Source: Vulcanimicrobiota bacterium
GTDB taxonomy: Bacteria; Vulcanimicrobiota; Vulcanimicrobiia; Vulcanimicrobiales; Vulcanimicrobiaceae
Direction of reading: 5' to 3'
DNA length: 64,000 nucleotides
Assembly (NCBI GenBank): GCA_963786105.1
Contig: CAWAXX010000024.1
Location: forward strand, 94,725-158,724
Shown here: positions 21,006-30,219 of the stretch, piece after piece
How the letters are laid out: each line of letters starts with the position of its first letter
Numbering within the stretch: the first letter of the stretch is position 1
Made by a program: the position numbers and the translations under genes
The notes under the pieces: generated by a model
What the model was told of the DNA's origin: nothing
Seen by the model: the letters and a program-made list of their open reading frames with translations, nothing else
Database searches by the model: none

Positions 21006-22352
21006 ATGTCACGTTATTATTTTTGGTTTCTCTGTTGCTTGTCCGCCGCACTCGGCGCCTGCAGCAGCAACGACTCAGTCCTGCACGCTGCGTCGAGCTT
21101 ACCGCTCATGCCGGCGTCGCAAAAACATGCGACCGACGGAGCTTACATCAAGCACGTCGTGATCGTCGTGCAAGAAAACCGCAGTTTCGACAATCTCTTC
21201 GCCACCTTTCCGAATGCCGACGGTGCGACGCGCGGCAAAAACAGTGCCGGCAAATGGGTCAAACTCAAGTCGGAGAATCTGCACAGCGGGCTGGAATTGG
21301 AGAACAGCCTCGCGGCGTTCCAAGTGGATTACGACGCTGGAAAAATGGACGGTTGGAATCTGGTGTACGTCAATTCCGCTCCGTGCCCGCGTTGTGCCTA
21401 CGCGTACGTCGATCCGTCACAAATCCAGCCGTACTGGTCGATGGCGCAGCAGTACGCCCTCGCCGACCACATGTTCCCCTCCGAATCGAGCGGCAGCTTT
21501 TCCGCCCATCAGGATCTCATTCGTGGGGACAGCGTTCTCGACAAGAACGATACCCTCGTCGATTTCCCGTCGCACGGGCCGTGGGGCTGCGACGCGCCTT
21601 CCGGTACCACGACGCCTTTGCTGAGCGCACAAGGCCAGTACACCCTGAATGGGCCATTCCCGTGCTTCACGTACGAAACGCTGCGGGATACGCTCGACGC
21701 AAAGTCCGTTTCGTGGAAATACTATACCCCCGCCCTGTTTACCGGAGGTCTCGCCGGCGCCTATTGGGACGCCTTCGACGCCATCAGCGCGGTTCGCAAC
21801 GGACCGGAATGGACGTCGAACATCTCTTCGCCCGAGAAGAGCATCTTCAAGGACATTTCAAAGGGTAAGCTTGCATCCGTTTCTTGGGTCATTCCCGACG
21901 GACAGAACTCCGACCATCCGAGCTTCGCAAAGACGGATACCGGCCCGTCGTGGGTGGCCCAGGTGGTCAACGCGGTCGGTCAAAGCAAGTATTGGAACTC
22001 GACGGCCATCGTCATCGTGTGGGACGACTGGGGCGGGTGGTACGATCACGTAGCGCCGCCTCAACTCGACTACGCCGGCCTCGGGTTTCGCGTCCCGATG
22101 ATCGTCGTTTCGCCGTACGCTAAAGCCGGCTACGTGTCGCACACGCAATACGAGTTCGGAAGCGTCGTAAAATTCGTCGAAGACGTCTGGGGCCTCGCCC
22201 GGTTGGGAACCAGCGACGTACGGGCGGCGAGCATCGACGACGTTTTCGATTTCACGCAACAACCGCGTGCGTTCACGCCCATTCAAGCGAAATACTCGAA
22301 GGCGTACTTCGAGCGTCAATCGCCGTCGCACGTTCCGGTCGACACGAACTAA
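21006..22352 (+). CDS. secreted phosphoesterase / phospholipase C family lipoprotein (third paralog)
   Basis: Lipobox LGAC; QENRSFDNLF, WDDWGGWYDHV, GFRVPMIVVSP. Confidence 0.9.
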   Translation: MSRYYFWFLCCLSAALGACSSNDSVLHAASSLPLMPASQKHATDGAYIKHVVIVVQENRSFDNLFATFPNADGATRGKNSAGKWVKLKSENLHSGLELENSLAAFQVDYDAGKMDGWNLVYVNSAPCPRCAYAYVDPSQIQPYWSMAQQYALADHMFPSESSGSFSAHQDLIRGDSVLDKNDTLVDFPSHGPWGCDAPSGTTTPLLSAQGQYTLNGPFPCFTYETLRDTLDAKSVSWKYYTPALFTGGLAGAYWDAFDAISAVRNGPEWTSNISSPEKSIFKDISKGKLASVSWVIPDGQNSDHPSFAKTDTGPSWVAQVVNAVGQSKYWNSTAIVIVWDDWGGWYDHVAPPQLDYAGLGFRVPMIVVSPYAKAGYVSHTQYEFGSVVKFVEDVWGLARLGTSDVRAASIDDVFDFTQQPRAFTPIQAKYSKAYFERQSPSHVPVDTN

Positions 22353-22412
22353 ACGCTGCCGCGCGGTCGTTGGTAGCACCGCCAAGCAGTCGCTAAGTAG
22401 TTCAATCGCTCA

Positions 22413-22451
22413 ATGCGTCGAAAGTCCCATACTCTGGGACTTTCGACGCAT
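22413..22451. promoter_or_regulatory. perfect 17-bp inverted repeat carrying two GGGACTTTCG motifs (putative operator)
   Basis: ATGCGTCGAAAGTCCCA-TACTC-TGGGACTTTCGACGCAT; no U-tract follows. Confidence 0.65.
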
Positions 22452-22543
22452 GAGTCTCGGACGGCCGGCGCGAACCGTTGCCTCGACTTGGATTACAACC
22501 AAGCACCACCTAGCTGCCGGCGGGATGCGGCATCGAGGCAAAA

Positions 22544-23548
22544 ATGGGTGTGCGCGTATTTCGGATTCGGCTCTTGTCCCTTGCGGCAGTAGTGAACGCG
22601 GCTCTGCTCGCCGCCTGTTCGGGCGGTATGCCACCGGAATCGAACGGCCGGATATCGCCGGCAAGTGCCGGGACCTTGGGCGCACGGCCTTCTTCTATAT
22701 TTTACGGTTGTCCCGTCTTCAAGAATACGTACGCTCATGCGGTGACGAATTGGCCTCTCGATCCAAACAGCGCTGCGTACATTAGTTCCGTCATCCAGGC
22801 CGGCGACACCATGGGTTTTTACGCGTCGACCGGCGTCGAGAAAGCGAATCTTGCCAATAACCAAACGCCGTTGGTCACCGTGCACCAGAAAGTCCAATGG
22901 CATCAATTTCCCGTCCCGTACCCGTGGCAGTCGGGATTCTATATCGAGCCGCTGGGCGACGCGCACGCGATTGTCGTTCAGACCGATAGCTGCCATCTCT
23001 ACGAGTCGTACTCCACGACGTACAGCAACGGTACGCTGAGCGCATACAGCGGGGCGAACTGGGACATGACGATTCGGTTCGTCCCGCTGGCTCCGGGCAA
23101 TCCGTCGGCCATGGCGTCGGGCCTCTCGCTTTTTGCGGGAATGGTAAAGTGGGAAGACTACGAATCGGGCTCGATCGATCACGCACTCGACTGGTCGGCG
23201 ATCGCGCATACGGTTGCGCAGACCGGGTTCGTTTGGCCGGCAAGCGATACGGATCACTTGCAGTTCAACGGAAAGAGCCAATACCAGTTGCCATACGGAG
23301 CGCGGTTGCGTCTGAAAGCCTCTTTTAGCACCTACGGTTGGGGCCCTCAGGCGACGATGGTCGCTAACGCGATGAAGACGTACGGAATTTATCTGTCGGA
23401 CACCGGCTCGAGTGCGAACGGCATCTACTTTGCAAATGCGAGCAATGGGAGCAATCCCTGGAATTCGATCGACCTCTCGGCGTTAGGGCAAATTCACGTC
23501 GGCGACTTTGACGTGCTCAAGCTTCCGCCAATTCAAAACGCTCCCTAA
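22544..23548 (+). CDS. uncharacterised secreted lipoprotein
   Basis: Lipobox LAAC; CHLYE, SAMASGLSLFAG, HAL, LPYGARLRLKAS, MKTYGIYLSD. Confidence 0.8.
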   Translation: MGVRVFRIRLLSLAAVVNAALLAACSGGMPPESNGRISPASAGTLGARPSSIFYGCPVFKNTYAHAVTNWPLDPNSAAYISSVIQAGDTMGFYASTGVEKANLANNQTPLVTVHQKVQWHQFPVPYPWQSGFYIEPLGDAHAIVVQTDSCHLYESYSTTYSNGTLSAYSGANWDMTIRFVPLAPGNPSAMASGLSLFAGMVKWEDYESGSIDHALDWSAIAHTVAQTGFVWPASDTDHLQFNGKSQYQLPYGARLRLKASFSTYGWGPQATMVANAMKTYGIYLSDTGSSANGIYFANASNGSNPWNSIDLSALGQIHVGDFDVLKLPPIQNAP

Positions 23549-23596
23549 AGACGGCCTAAAAAGCAATGGCGAGGTTCGCGGAGAAGTCGAGTCCGC

Positions 23597-24493
23597 GTGG
23601 CGTTAGGAAGTTCGGCGGTTCTGGCTACGGCGCTGACTGCGTGCGGACTGTTTGGAGCGGGCGGCTACTATTCCAATTCCGTTGTCAACGCTTCCGTCGA
23701 CCCCAATAGCGACCGGTACGTACGATCGATCGTCGACGCGGGTGACCGAGGCGGATTCTGGATGGCCGCCGACCCAGCCGAGCTCGTCAACCTCGCCGAC
23801 GACGCAACGCCGGCGTACTCGGTTCGTCAAAAGGTACCGTACCATCAATTCCCGGTACCGTATCCGTGGCGCCCGAATTTTTACATCGAGCCGCTGAGCG
23901 ACGCGCACGCGATGGTGGTTCAAACGCACGCGTGCGAGCTGTACGAGACGTACCAGACGACGTTTTCAGCAGGCGTCCTCTCGGCGTACAGCGGCGCGCA
24001 CTGGAACTTGCGCCGTCCTTTCGTTCCGCTGGCGCCGGGCACGCCTTCGGCAATGGCATCCGGCCTTTCGTTGTACGCTGGGATGGTTCGCTGGGAAGAA
24101 GTCGCGCGCGGCTCGATCGGTCACGCGCTAAACTGGGCCGCTCCTGCGGGCACCGTCGCTCAATGGAGTTTCGTTCGACCGGCTAGCGACACCGACGGAT
24201 TGCCGTTTAAGGGAAGCGGGCGGTATCAATTGCCTTACGGTGCTCGTCTCCGGCTGCGGGCGTCGTTCGATACCTCTCATTTTGGCCCGCAAAGTGCGGC
24301 CATCGCTCGAGCGATGAAGACCTACGGCATATACTTGGCGGATACCGCACGAGAGGACGAGTTGTACGACGCACTGGCGTTAGACGGGGCGAACCATTGG
24401 AACCGTGCGGATCTGGCAGCGCTTGGCTCGATCCACATAATGGACTTCGAAGTACTTTCGCTCGCAACGATCGAGCGCGTACCCGGCCACTAA
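23597..24493 (+). CDS. uncharacterised secreted lipoprotein (tandem paralog of 22544-23548)
   Basis: Lipobox LTAC; shares HQFPVPYPW, FYIEPL, SAMASGLSL, LPYGARLRL, MKTYGIYL. Confidence 0.8.
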   Translation: MALGSSAVLATALTACGLFGAGGYYSNSVVNASVDPNSDRYVRSIVDAGDRGGFWMAADPAELVNLADDATPAYSVRQKVPYHQFPVPYPWRPNFYIEPLSDAHAMVVQTHACELYETYQTTFSAGVLSAYSGAHWNLRRPFVPLAPGTPSAMASGLSLYAGMVRWEEVARGSIGHALNWAAPAGTVAQWSFVRPASDTDGLPFKGSGRYQLPYGARLRLRASFDTSHFGPQSAAIARAMKTYGIYLADTAREDELYDALALDGANHWNRADLAALGSIHIMDFEVLSLATIERVPGH

Positions 24494-24519
24494 GTGACAA
24501 CGCGAAAATTGAGCGCCGG

Positions 24520-25341
24520 TTAGCGGCCGGTGATAATCGTCGCGCCGAATTCGATCAGCATCGCGGCCGGCACGAGGACCAGCTGAGAGAGAACCATACC
24601 GATGACCGCCGTCATCGAGAGTCCGGTGACCAGGGCTTTCACGTCGTCCAACGAGCGCTCCCCGCGAACTGCGCGGTCGGTAATCAGCGCCGAGGCCGGA
24701 TCGACGATGATGTTGTAGGCGATGGTGGCGAAGCCGTTGACCAGGCCGCTGGAAAGAACGGCGGTTCGCGCCGCTTGCGGATTGAGTACGCTGGCATAGG
24801 CGGCGGCCGCGATACCCGCACCGTATACCGCCGTAACGAGCACGTTCAGTATGAGCACGTCTTTCGGAACGCGCCCGAACGGAAGATCGCGCCACCGCGT
24901 CGCGACGCCGAACTTCACTTCTCCTATCACGGCCGCGATGGTGGCCGGTCGAAACATCGCAAGTGCGGCTTTGGGAATGCTGCCGTTGCGCTCGAGCGAT
25001 CGAATCGCGCGCAGATAGAACATGACGAACGTCGGTATCGCCAGCGTACCGATGACGGCCCCGACCGTCCCTGAAAGAATGATCGAGCGTAGCTGCCATT
25101 GATAGACGCCAAGCGTCGCCGGGACCGCGCGATCGGAGAGAGCGCCGAGCATCGGTGTGTAAAACATCTGCGCGAAGCGGCTGCTGGTCGCAAAAATATT
25201 GAAGAGCGAAATAGCGGTGGCCACTCTGCCGGAGCGCGCGCCGGCAAGGCGCGCCGCGTACGCCGCGATCGCCAGCGCTTGGACGGCGCAATTGAGAACG
25301 ATGGCCAGCAGCAGCTGCCACGACCAAAAGTGGGGGGGCAC
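24520..25341 (-). CDS. amj: Amj (DUF2837) family lipid-linked precursor flippase
   Basis: ~270-aa multi-TM protein with AYAARLAGAR.GRVATAISLFN..SR, SGLVNGFATI...VDP motifs typical of Amj. Confidence 0.75.
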   Translation of the reverse strand: MPPHFWSWQLLLAIVLNCAVQALAIAAYAARLAGARSGRVATAISLFNIFATSSRFAQMFYTPMLGALSDRAVPATLGVYQWQLRSIILSGTVGAVIGTLAIPTFVMFYLRAIRSLERNGSIPKAALAMFRPATIAAVIGEVKFGVATRWRDLPFGRVPKDVLILNVLVTAVYGAGIAAAAYASVLNPQAARTAVLSSGLVNGFATIAYNIIVDPASALITDRAVRGERSLDDVKALVTGLSMTAVIGMVLSQLVLVPAAMLIEFGATIITGR

Positions 25342-25452
25342 CTAGGTAGTCTAAAACGCGCGGTGGTCCACGCAATCTATCCTTCGCCCCTGTCGGTGGG
25401 ACTTTCGCTTCTCGACGCCGCGGCACACGTACCGTATATTCGAAGGACCCGG

Positions 25453-26910
25453 ATGGCCACACCAACCACGCAAATCGAGCCACGAGCCGCGCTCGCAGCC
25501 ATCGCGCTCATGGGCGCGGCGGCCTTTCTTCTGCTCGTCGGCAACACGGGGGCCGGTGCGCTCGTCTGCGCGGCGGTCTTGGGAACGGCGGGGATCTATG
25601 CCGCGTTGCGATGGCCGCTCGATTCGTTGTTCGGCTTGTTCGTCTTGCTCGTGCCGTTCGACAACGTACTGAACACCGGCTCGTTCGGTACCTTAACCAA
25701 GCTCCTCGGCGTGGTCGCGGGCGCATTCTTGCTATTCTGGGTCGTGCGCCGGCGGCGTTTCAGCCTGGCGAGCAAGCCGGTGCAGGTGTTGTGCGCGCTC
25801 GTCGTTTGGATGCTCGCCAGCTGCCTGTGGGCCGTCGATCAGAAGGCCGCCCTGCAAATGATCCCGACCTACGCGGGCCTGATGCTGCTCTACGCGGTGC
25901 TCACCATGGTTCCGATTTCGCGGGCGCAGTTTCGGATGCTGTTGTTTCTGATCGTTATCGGCGGTGTGTGCGCGGCCGCTTACGGCGCGAATCTGTTCTA
26001 TCACGACCCGTCGTTTGGGCAAGAAGCCCTTACGATGCGACGGCTCGTCATTCAGGTCGGCGATTATCACATCGACCCGAACCACTTTTCGGATGCGCTG
26101 CTGTTCCCGGTGGCGATCGTCGCGATGTGGGCGCTGCGTGCCAAGCGATTCTTCACCAGGATCCTCTGCGTCGCGGCCCTCGCCTTGCTGGTCGCTGCGG
26201 TTATGTTGAGCGGCTCGCGCGAAGGCCTGACGGCCATCGGCGTCATCGCCGCGTACTATCTTTGGCGGTCGCGCTACCGGTTTCGGCTGGCGGCCGGAAT
26301 CGCCATCGTTCTCGTCGTCGTCGCCACCGTCCAGACCTCGGTATTCTTGCGCTTTTCAAGCGCGTTGCAAACCGGCGGCTCGGGGCGAACGTCGATTTGG
26401 GCCGTCGCGATCGAAGCGGCGAAACATCGGTTTCTGCAGGGTTACGGTATCGGAAACTTTACCGAGGCCTTCAACATCTACTATCTCAGCATTCACCAGC
26501 CCTACCCCTACGGCTGGGATAGCCCGGCGCACAATCTCGTGCTGCACTATCTGGTCGAACTGGGGATCGTCGGCATCGTGCTGATAGCCGGCTTTTTCGT
26601 CGCACAGTTTCGCTCTTTGCGCGACATCGATTCGAACAGCGAGTTTTACGACTATCGGATCGTGCTGGAATCGAGTTTGCTCGCCATCCTCGTCGTCTCG
26701 ATGACGATCGACCTCTTCCAATACAAGTACGCGTGGCTCGTCTTTGCGATGGTGGCGTTGCTGCGAAACGTGGCCGTCGCTCAGCAGAGCGCCGCGATGC
26801 GTCCGGCCAGATCCGCCATGATATCCGACCTGTCGGCCCGGCTCAAAACGAGCTCCTTGCCCTTATTGCCGAGTTCGCGCAGCGCGACCTTATCGAGCAG
26901 CGAGAGCTGA
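25453..26910 (+). CDS. O-antigen ligase / Wzy-like polymerase
   Basis: Many TMs; DPNHF, LSGSREG, SGRTSIW, GYGIGNF, AHNLVL..LVELGIVG. Confidence 0.85.
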   Translation: MATPTTQIEPRAALAAIALMGAAAFLLLVGNTGAGALVCAAVLGTAGIYAALRWPLDSLFGLFVLLVPFDNVLNTGSFGTLTKLLGVVAGAFLLFWVVRRRRFSLASKPVQVLCALVVWMLASCLWAVDQKAALQMIPTYAGLMLLYAVLTMVPISRAQFRMLLFLIVIGGVCAAAYGANLFYHDPSFGQEALTMRRLVIQVGDYHIDPNHFSDALLFPVAIVAMWALRAKRFFTRILCVAALALLVAAVMLSGSREGLTAIGVIAAYYLWRSRYRFRLAAGIAIVLVVVATVQTSVFLRFSSALQTGGSGRTSIWAVAIEAAKHRFLQGYGIGNFTEAFNIYYLSIHQPYPYGWDSPAHNLVLHYLVELGIVGIVLIAGFFVAQFRSLRDIDSNSEFYDYRIVLESSLLAILVVSMTIDLFQYKYAWLVFAMVALLRNVAVAQQSAAMRPARSAMISDLSARLKTSSLPLLPSSRSATLSSSES

Positions 26911-27965
26911 CGCAGCGCGTCGGCTAACGCGCCCGCGTCTCCGGCCGGAGTACATACCGCGCCGAGCGACGCACCTTCCGATTGGGCCTCTCCGCCGGCC
27001 GCCACGATGACCGGGCAACCCACCGACAATGCGTCGTAGAGCTTGGTCGGGATGCTTTCTTCGATCCCTTTGCGCAACGGAATGATCGAAACGTCCGCGT
27101 TCGCTACCTTCGCCATGGCACCGGCGCGGGATAAACTTCCGGTGAGGCGGAGATTGCGTATTCCTTCGGTGCGCACGCGTTCGTCGAGGCGCGTCCGCTG
27201 GGCTCCGTCACCGACGATTTCAATGCTAATGTCGTCTGTTGCGACCAGCTTGGCCGCATCCGCCAGGACGTCGATGTCGGTGGTGAGGCCGAGATTTCCG
27301 GCGTACACGGCGGTGAAGCCGTCGGCGCGCGGAGGGAGAGCCTGCACGTCGGGGACTCTCTCGGCTGCATTGCGCGCGAGAACGAGCCGGGACGGCTCGA
27401 CGCCGCGCTGCGCGATTTGAGACAGTGCCGTCGGCGTGACCACTGAGACCAGATCGGCGCGGCTGTATAAGAAGCGGACGAATCGTTCGATCGTACGGGC
27501 GAAGAAGCCGTCGGACTTCCAAACGCCCATCGCGATCGCGATGTCCGGGAATACGTCGCGCACGTCGACGACGAACCGCGCGCCGTGCCGGGCCGCCCCG
27601 ACCAAACCGGGTACCGTCACCGTAATCGGCGGCGAACTGACGATCACGACGTCGTAGCGCTGTTTCGTGCCGATCATGTATAGCGACTCCGAAAGCGCGG
27701 CCGTGAGCCAGTGCACCAGCCGCGCGCCCGGCATGCCGGGAATCAAGACCGAAAACAGCCGGACGATCCGAAACCCGTCGCCCTCGTCGACGCGCACGAC
27801 GGGTCGCCGCCCATCGGCGAACCGGCCCCGAGGAAACGACGGGTAGCTGGTGACTACCGTTACGTCGTGCCCCGCATTCGCAAGCGCTTTGGCAAGCGTG
27901 CCGACGCGCAGCGATCCGGCCCCCGGCTCCGGCGGAAAAAAGTGGGTAATCAGCGCGACCTTCAC
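26781..27965 (-). CDS. glycosyltransferase family 4 (WbuB-like)
   Basis: ITHFFPPEPGA, VSSPP, DVRDVFPD, YAGNLG, IPTKLYDALSVGCPVI. Confidence 0.88.
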   Translation of the reverse strand: MKVALITHFFPPEPGAGSLRVGTLAKALANAGHDVTVVTSYPSFPRGRFADGRRPVVRVDEGDGFRIVRLFSVLIPGMPGARLVHWLTAALSESLYMIGTKQRYDVVIVSSPPITVTVPGLVGAARHGARFVVDVRDVFPDIAIAMGVWKSDGFFARTIERFVRFLYSRADLVSVVTPTALSQIAQRGVEPSRLVLARNAAERVPDVQALPPRADGFTAVYAGNLGLTTDIDVLADAAKLVATDDISIEIVGDGAQRTRLDERVRTEGIRNLRLTGSLSRAGAMAKVANADVSIIPLRKGIEESIPTKLYDALSVGCPVIVAAGGEAQSEGASLGAVCTPAGDAGALADALRQLSLLDKVALRELGNKGKELVLSRADRSDIMADLAGRIAALC

Positions 27966-28945
27966 GTCGCAGCCCCTCCCGATACCGTATCGAGTTTGAA
28001 GAATCGTTCGGGAAGACTGCCGAGCGTCTCGCCCAAGAGGCGCCGCCGGCTCGCCCGCGTTTCGGTGTAGGCCGTCCATCGCAGGGCCGCATCGCCGAAC
28101 GAGGTCTCGTCGAACATCTTGGAAAGCACGTGCATCTGCGCGATGTGAAACTCGTGATACTTCAGGGTCGCGACGTGCGGCCGGCGGGTCGAGCTGCGCA
28201 AAAGACTGTAGAGCGTCCACCACCCAGTATCGAAGCGCGGTAGCCACCGCCGAAGCGTTTGCACGGACTGCTCCGAAACGTCGCCGAGCCACGGCTCGCC
28301 GGTGAGCTTCCACAGCTCCCAGACTCCCCACAACGCGTAGATGCATCCGTTGAGAACGTGCGGCGCGTGCCGGTTTGCGATCTCTTCGAAGAAGACGTCC
28401 TCGCCGGTTTTCCAGACGACGCCGCCGTGGTCGATGTCGGCTCGAAACGGTTCGGCAGCGCGCAGCGCGGCGGCGTCGAATCCGGCGCCCTTTTGCATCC
28501 CATGCGCGCGCAACAGCACCGAGATCGCCTCGCCTTGCGCCATCGCCGAAGTCCACCCCACTCCGGCGCCGTACTTGCGCCACGGAAAGGCAAACCGGTA
28601 CGTTCCGGGGATGCCGTCGTTCTGTTGGCAATCTCGAAGCCACGCGGCCTGCGCGAGAAAGTCCTTACGCGCGTCGAGATCGCCGGTACGATGCCACACG
28701 CCGAAACGGTGCAAAGCAAACTGAGCGATACGGATGGCGTGATAGTACCGTTCGGGTCCGCTCAGCAGCACGCCGCTCGAATCGCGAGGCGCGCTCGTCC
28801 AATCTTCGCCGTATACGCCGTTTCCCGGATCCCACTCGATGAAATACGGGGATCCGCCCGGATCGCTCAAGGATTCAAAGCCGTACGCGCGGCGATGCGA
28901 CCACGTTAGTGGGAAGCCCAACGCCACTCGGCGCAGCACGCTCAC
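27962..28945 (-). CDS. D-glucuronyl C5-epimerase family protein
   Basis: IAQFAL, WTSAMAQGEAISVLLRA, FFEE, HVLNGCIYALWG, FDTGWWTLY, YHEFHIAQ match the C5-epimerase C-terminal domain. Confidence 0.82.
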   Translation of the reverse strand: MSVLRRVALGFPLTWSHRRAYGFESLSDPGGSPYFIEWDPGNGVYGEDWTSAPRDSSGVLLSGPERYYHAIRIAQFALHRFGVWHRTGDLDARKDFLAQAAWLRDCQQNDGIPGTYRFAFPWRKYGAGVGWTSAMAQGEAISVLLRAHGMQKGAGFDAAALRAAEPFRADIDHGGVVWKTGEDVFFEEIANRHAPHVLNGCIYALWGVWELWKLTGEPWLGDVSEQSVQTLRRWLPRFDTGWWTLYSLLRSSTRRPHVATLKYHEFHIAQMHVLSKMFDETSFGDAALRWTAYTETRASRRRLLGETLGSLPERFFKLDTVSGGAAT

Positions 28946-30219
28946 GCCACGGCCTGCCGGACGAGCGGGGCAAACTGGCGTCCCAATAGGTAGCATTCGA
29001 ACCCGCAGCGCTGCCACTCCTCGACGGCAAAAAAGTTTCGCGTATCGATCAGCCGTGCGGTGCGCATCAGCGCGGCCATCTCCGCCGGACGGATGCTTCG
29101 GAACGCCGCGTGCGGCGTGACCAAAACCAAGGCATCGGCGTCGGCCGCAGCGAGCTCGAGCGATTCAGACAGAGGCTCGGTAAAGCGCGTGACGAGCGGA
29201 TCGTAGACGGCGGTCGCATACCCGCGTTCGCGCAGCAAATCAACGATGCGAGCGGTCGGGCTTTCACGCGCGTCGTCGACGTCGGCCTTGTAGGCCGCGC
29301 CGAGCAGCGCGATCTTGCGGCCCCGTGCCGGGCCCACCATTTCGGCGATCCGGTGTACGATGTGGTACGGCATTCGATCGTTGACGCGCCGGGCAGATTG
29401 AATGAGCTCGCTGATGAACGGGCTGGCGTTTGAGAGAAATTGCGGGTCGACCGGAATGCAGTGTCCGCCGACTCCGGGGCCCGGATTCAAGATGTTGACC
29501 CGCGGATGCTTGTTCGCTAGTTCGATCGTTTCCCAAACGTCGACGCCGAGTTCTTCGGCGATAATCGAAAGCTCGTTCGCAAAGGCGATGTTGACGTCGC
29601 GAAACGTGTTCTCCACGATCTTGACGAACTCCGCACCGGCCGTCGACGCTAGCGCGATCGGACCTTCGCAGAACGACGAGTAGAGATCGCGGACGATTTC
29701 GCCGTCGCGAAGGGTGCGACCGCCGACCACCCGCGCGTTGCTACGCAACTCTTCGATAATCGCACCCGGGATGACGCGTTCGGGACAGTGGGCCACGTGA
29801 TAGTCGTCGATCGATTTACCGGCTCGGTGCAAGGCTCGCTCGAAAATTCGTTCGGTGGCACCGGGGGGCACCGTCGATTCCAGCACCAGCAGCGAGTGAG
29901 GTTCGGCCACCGCCGCGACCGCGTCGGCCGCCGCCTCCACGTAGCGAAGATCCGGTTTTCCTTCGTGCGTCGGCGTGGGAAGACACAGAACGTACGCCCG
30001 AGCGGTCGGAACCCGGTCGACGACGTGCAGGTGGCCGCTGGCGAGGGCTTCCATCACGGCTTGGCGCACGGCGCTTTCGTTCGTGGCGATTTCGCCGCGC
30101 TGTAAGCTGCGACGCAGGTTTGGATTGGCATCGTATCCGTACACTCGGTGGCCGCTGCGCGCGAAAAGCGCCGCCGTCGGCAGTCCAATGTAACCGAGGC
30201 CGATAACCGCTACGTTCAC
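28942..30219 (-). CDS. UDP-N-acetylhexosamine (WecC/WbpA-type) nucleotide sugar dehydrogenase
   Basis: GLGYIGLP, ESTVPPG, HCPERVIPG, KIVENTFRDVNIAFANE, PGPGVGGHCIPVDP, AYKADVDDARESP. Confidence 0.92.
   Translation of the reverse strand: MNVAVIGLGYIGLPTAALFARSGHRVYGYDANPNLRRSLQRGEIATNESAVRQAVMEALASGHLHVVDRVPTARAYVLCLPTPTHEGKPDLRYVEAAADAVAAVAEPHSLLVLESTVPPGATERIFERALHRAGKSIDDYHVAHCPERVIPGAIIEELRSNARVVGGRTLRDGEIVRDLYSSFCEGPIALASTAGAEFVKIVENTFRDVNIAFANELSIIAEELGVDVWETIELANKHPRVNILNPGPGVGGHCIPVDPQFLSNASPFISELIQSARRVNDRMPYHIVHRIAEMVGPARGRKIALLGAAYKADVDDARESPTARIVDLLRERGYATAVYDPLVTRFTEPLSESLELAAADADALVLVTPHAAFRSIRPAEMAALMRTARLIDTRNFFAVEEWQRCGFECYLLGRQFAPLVRQAVA

Noticed and set aside
22413..22451. 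Palindrome as an intrinsic terminator
   Set aside because: No U-tract on either side, and its arms match a motif found singly in other promoter regions; a terminator role is not fully excluded
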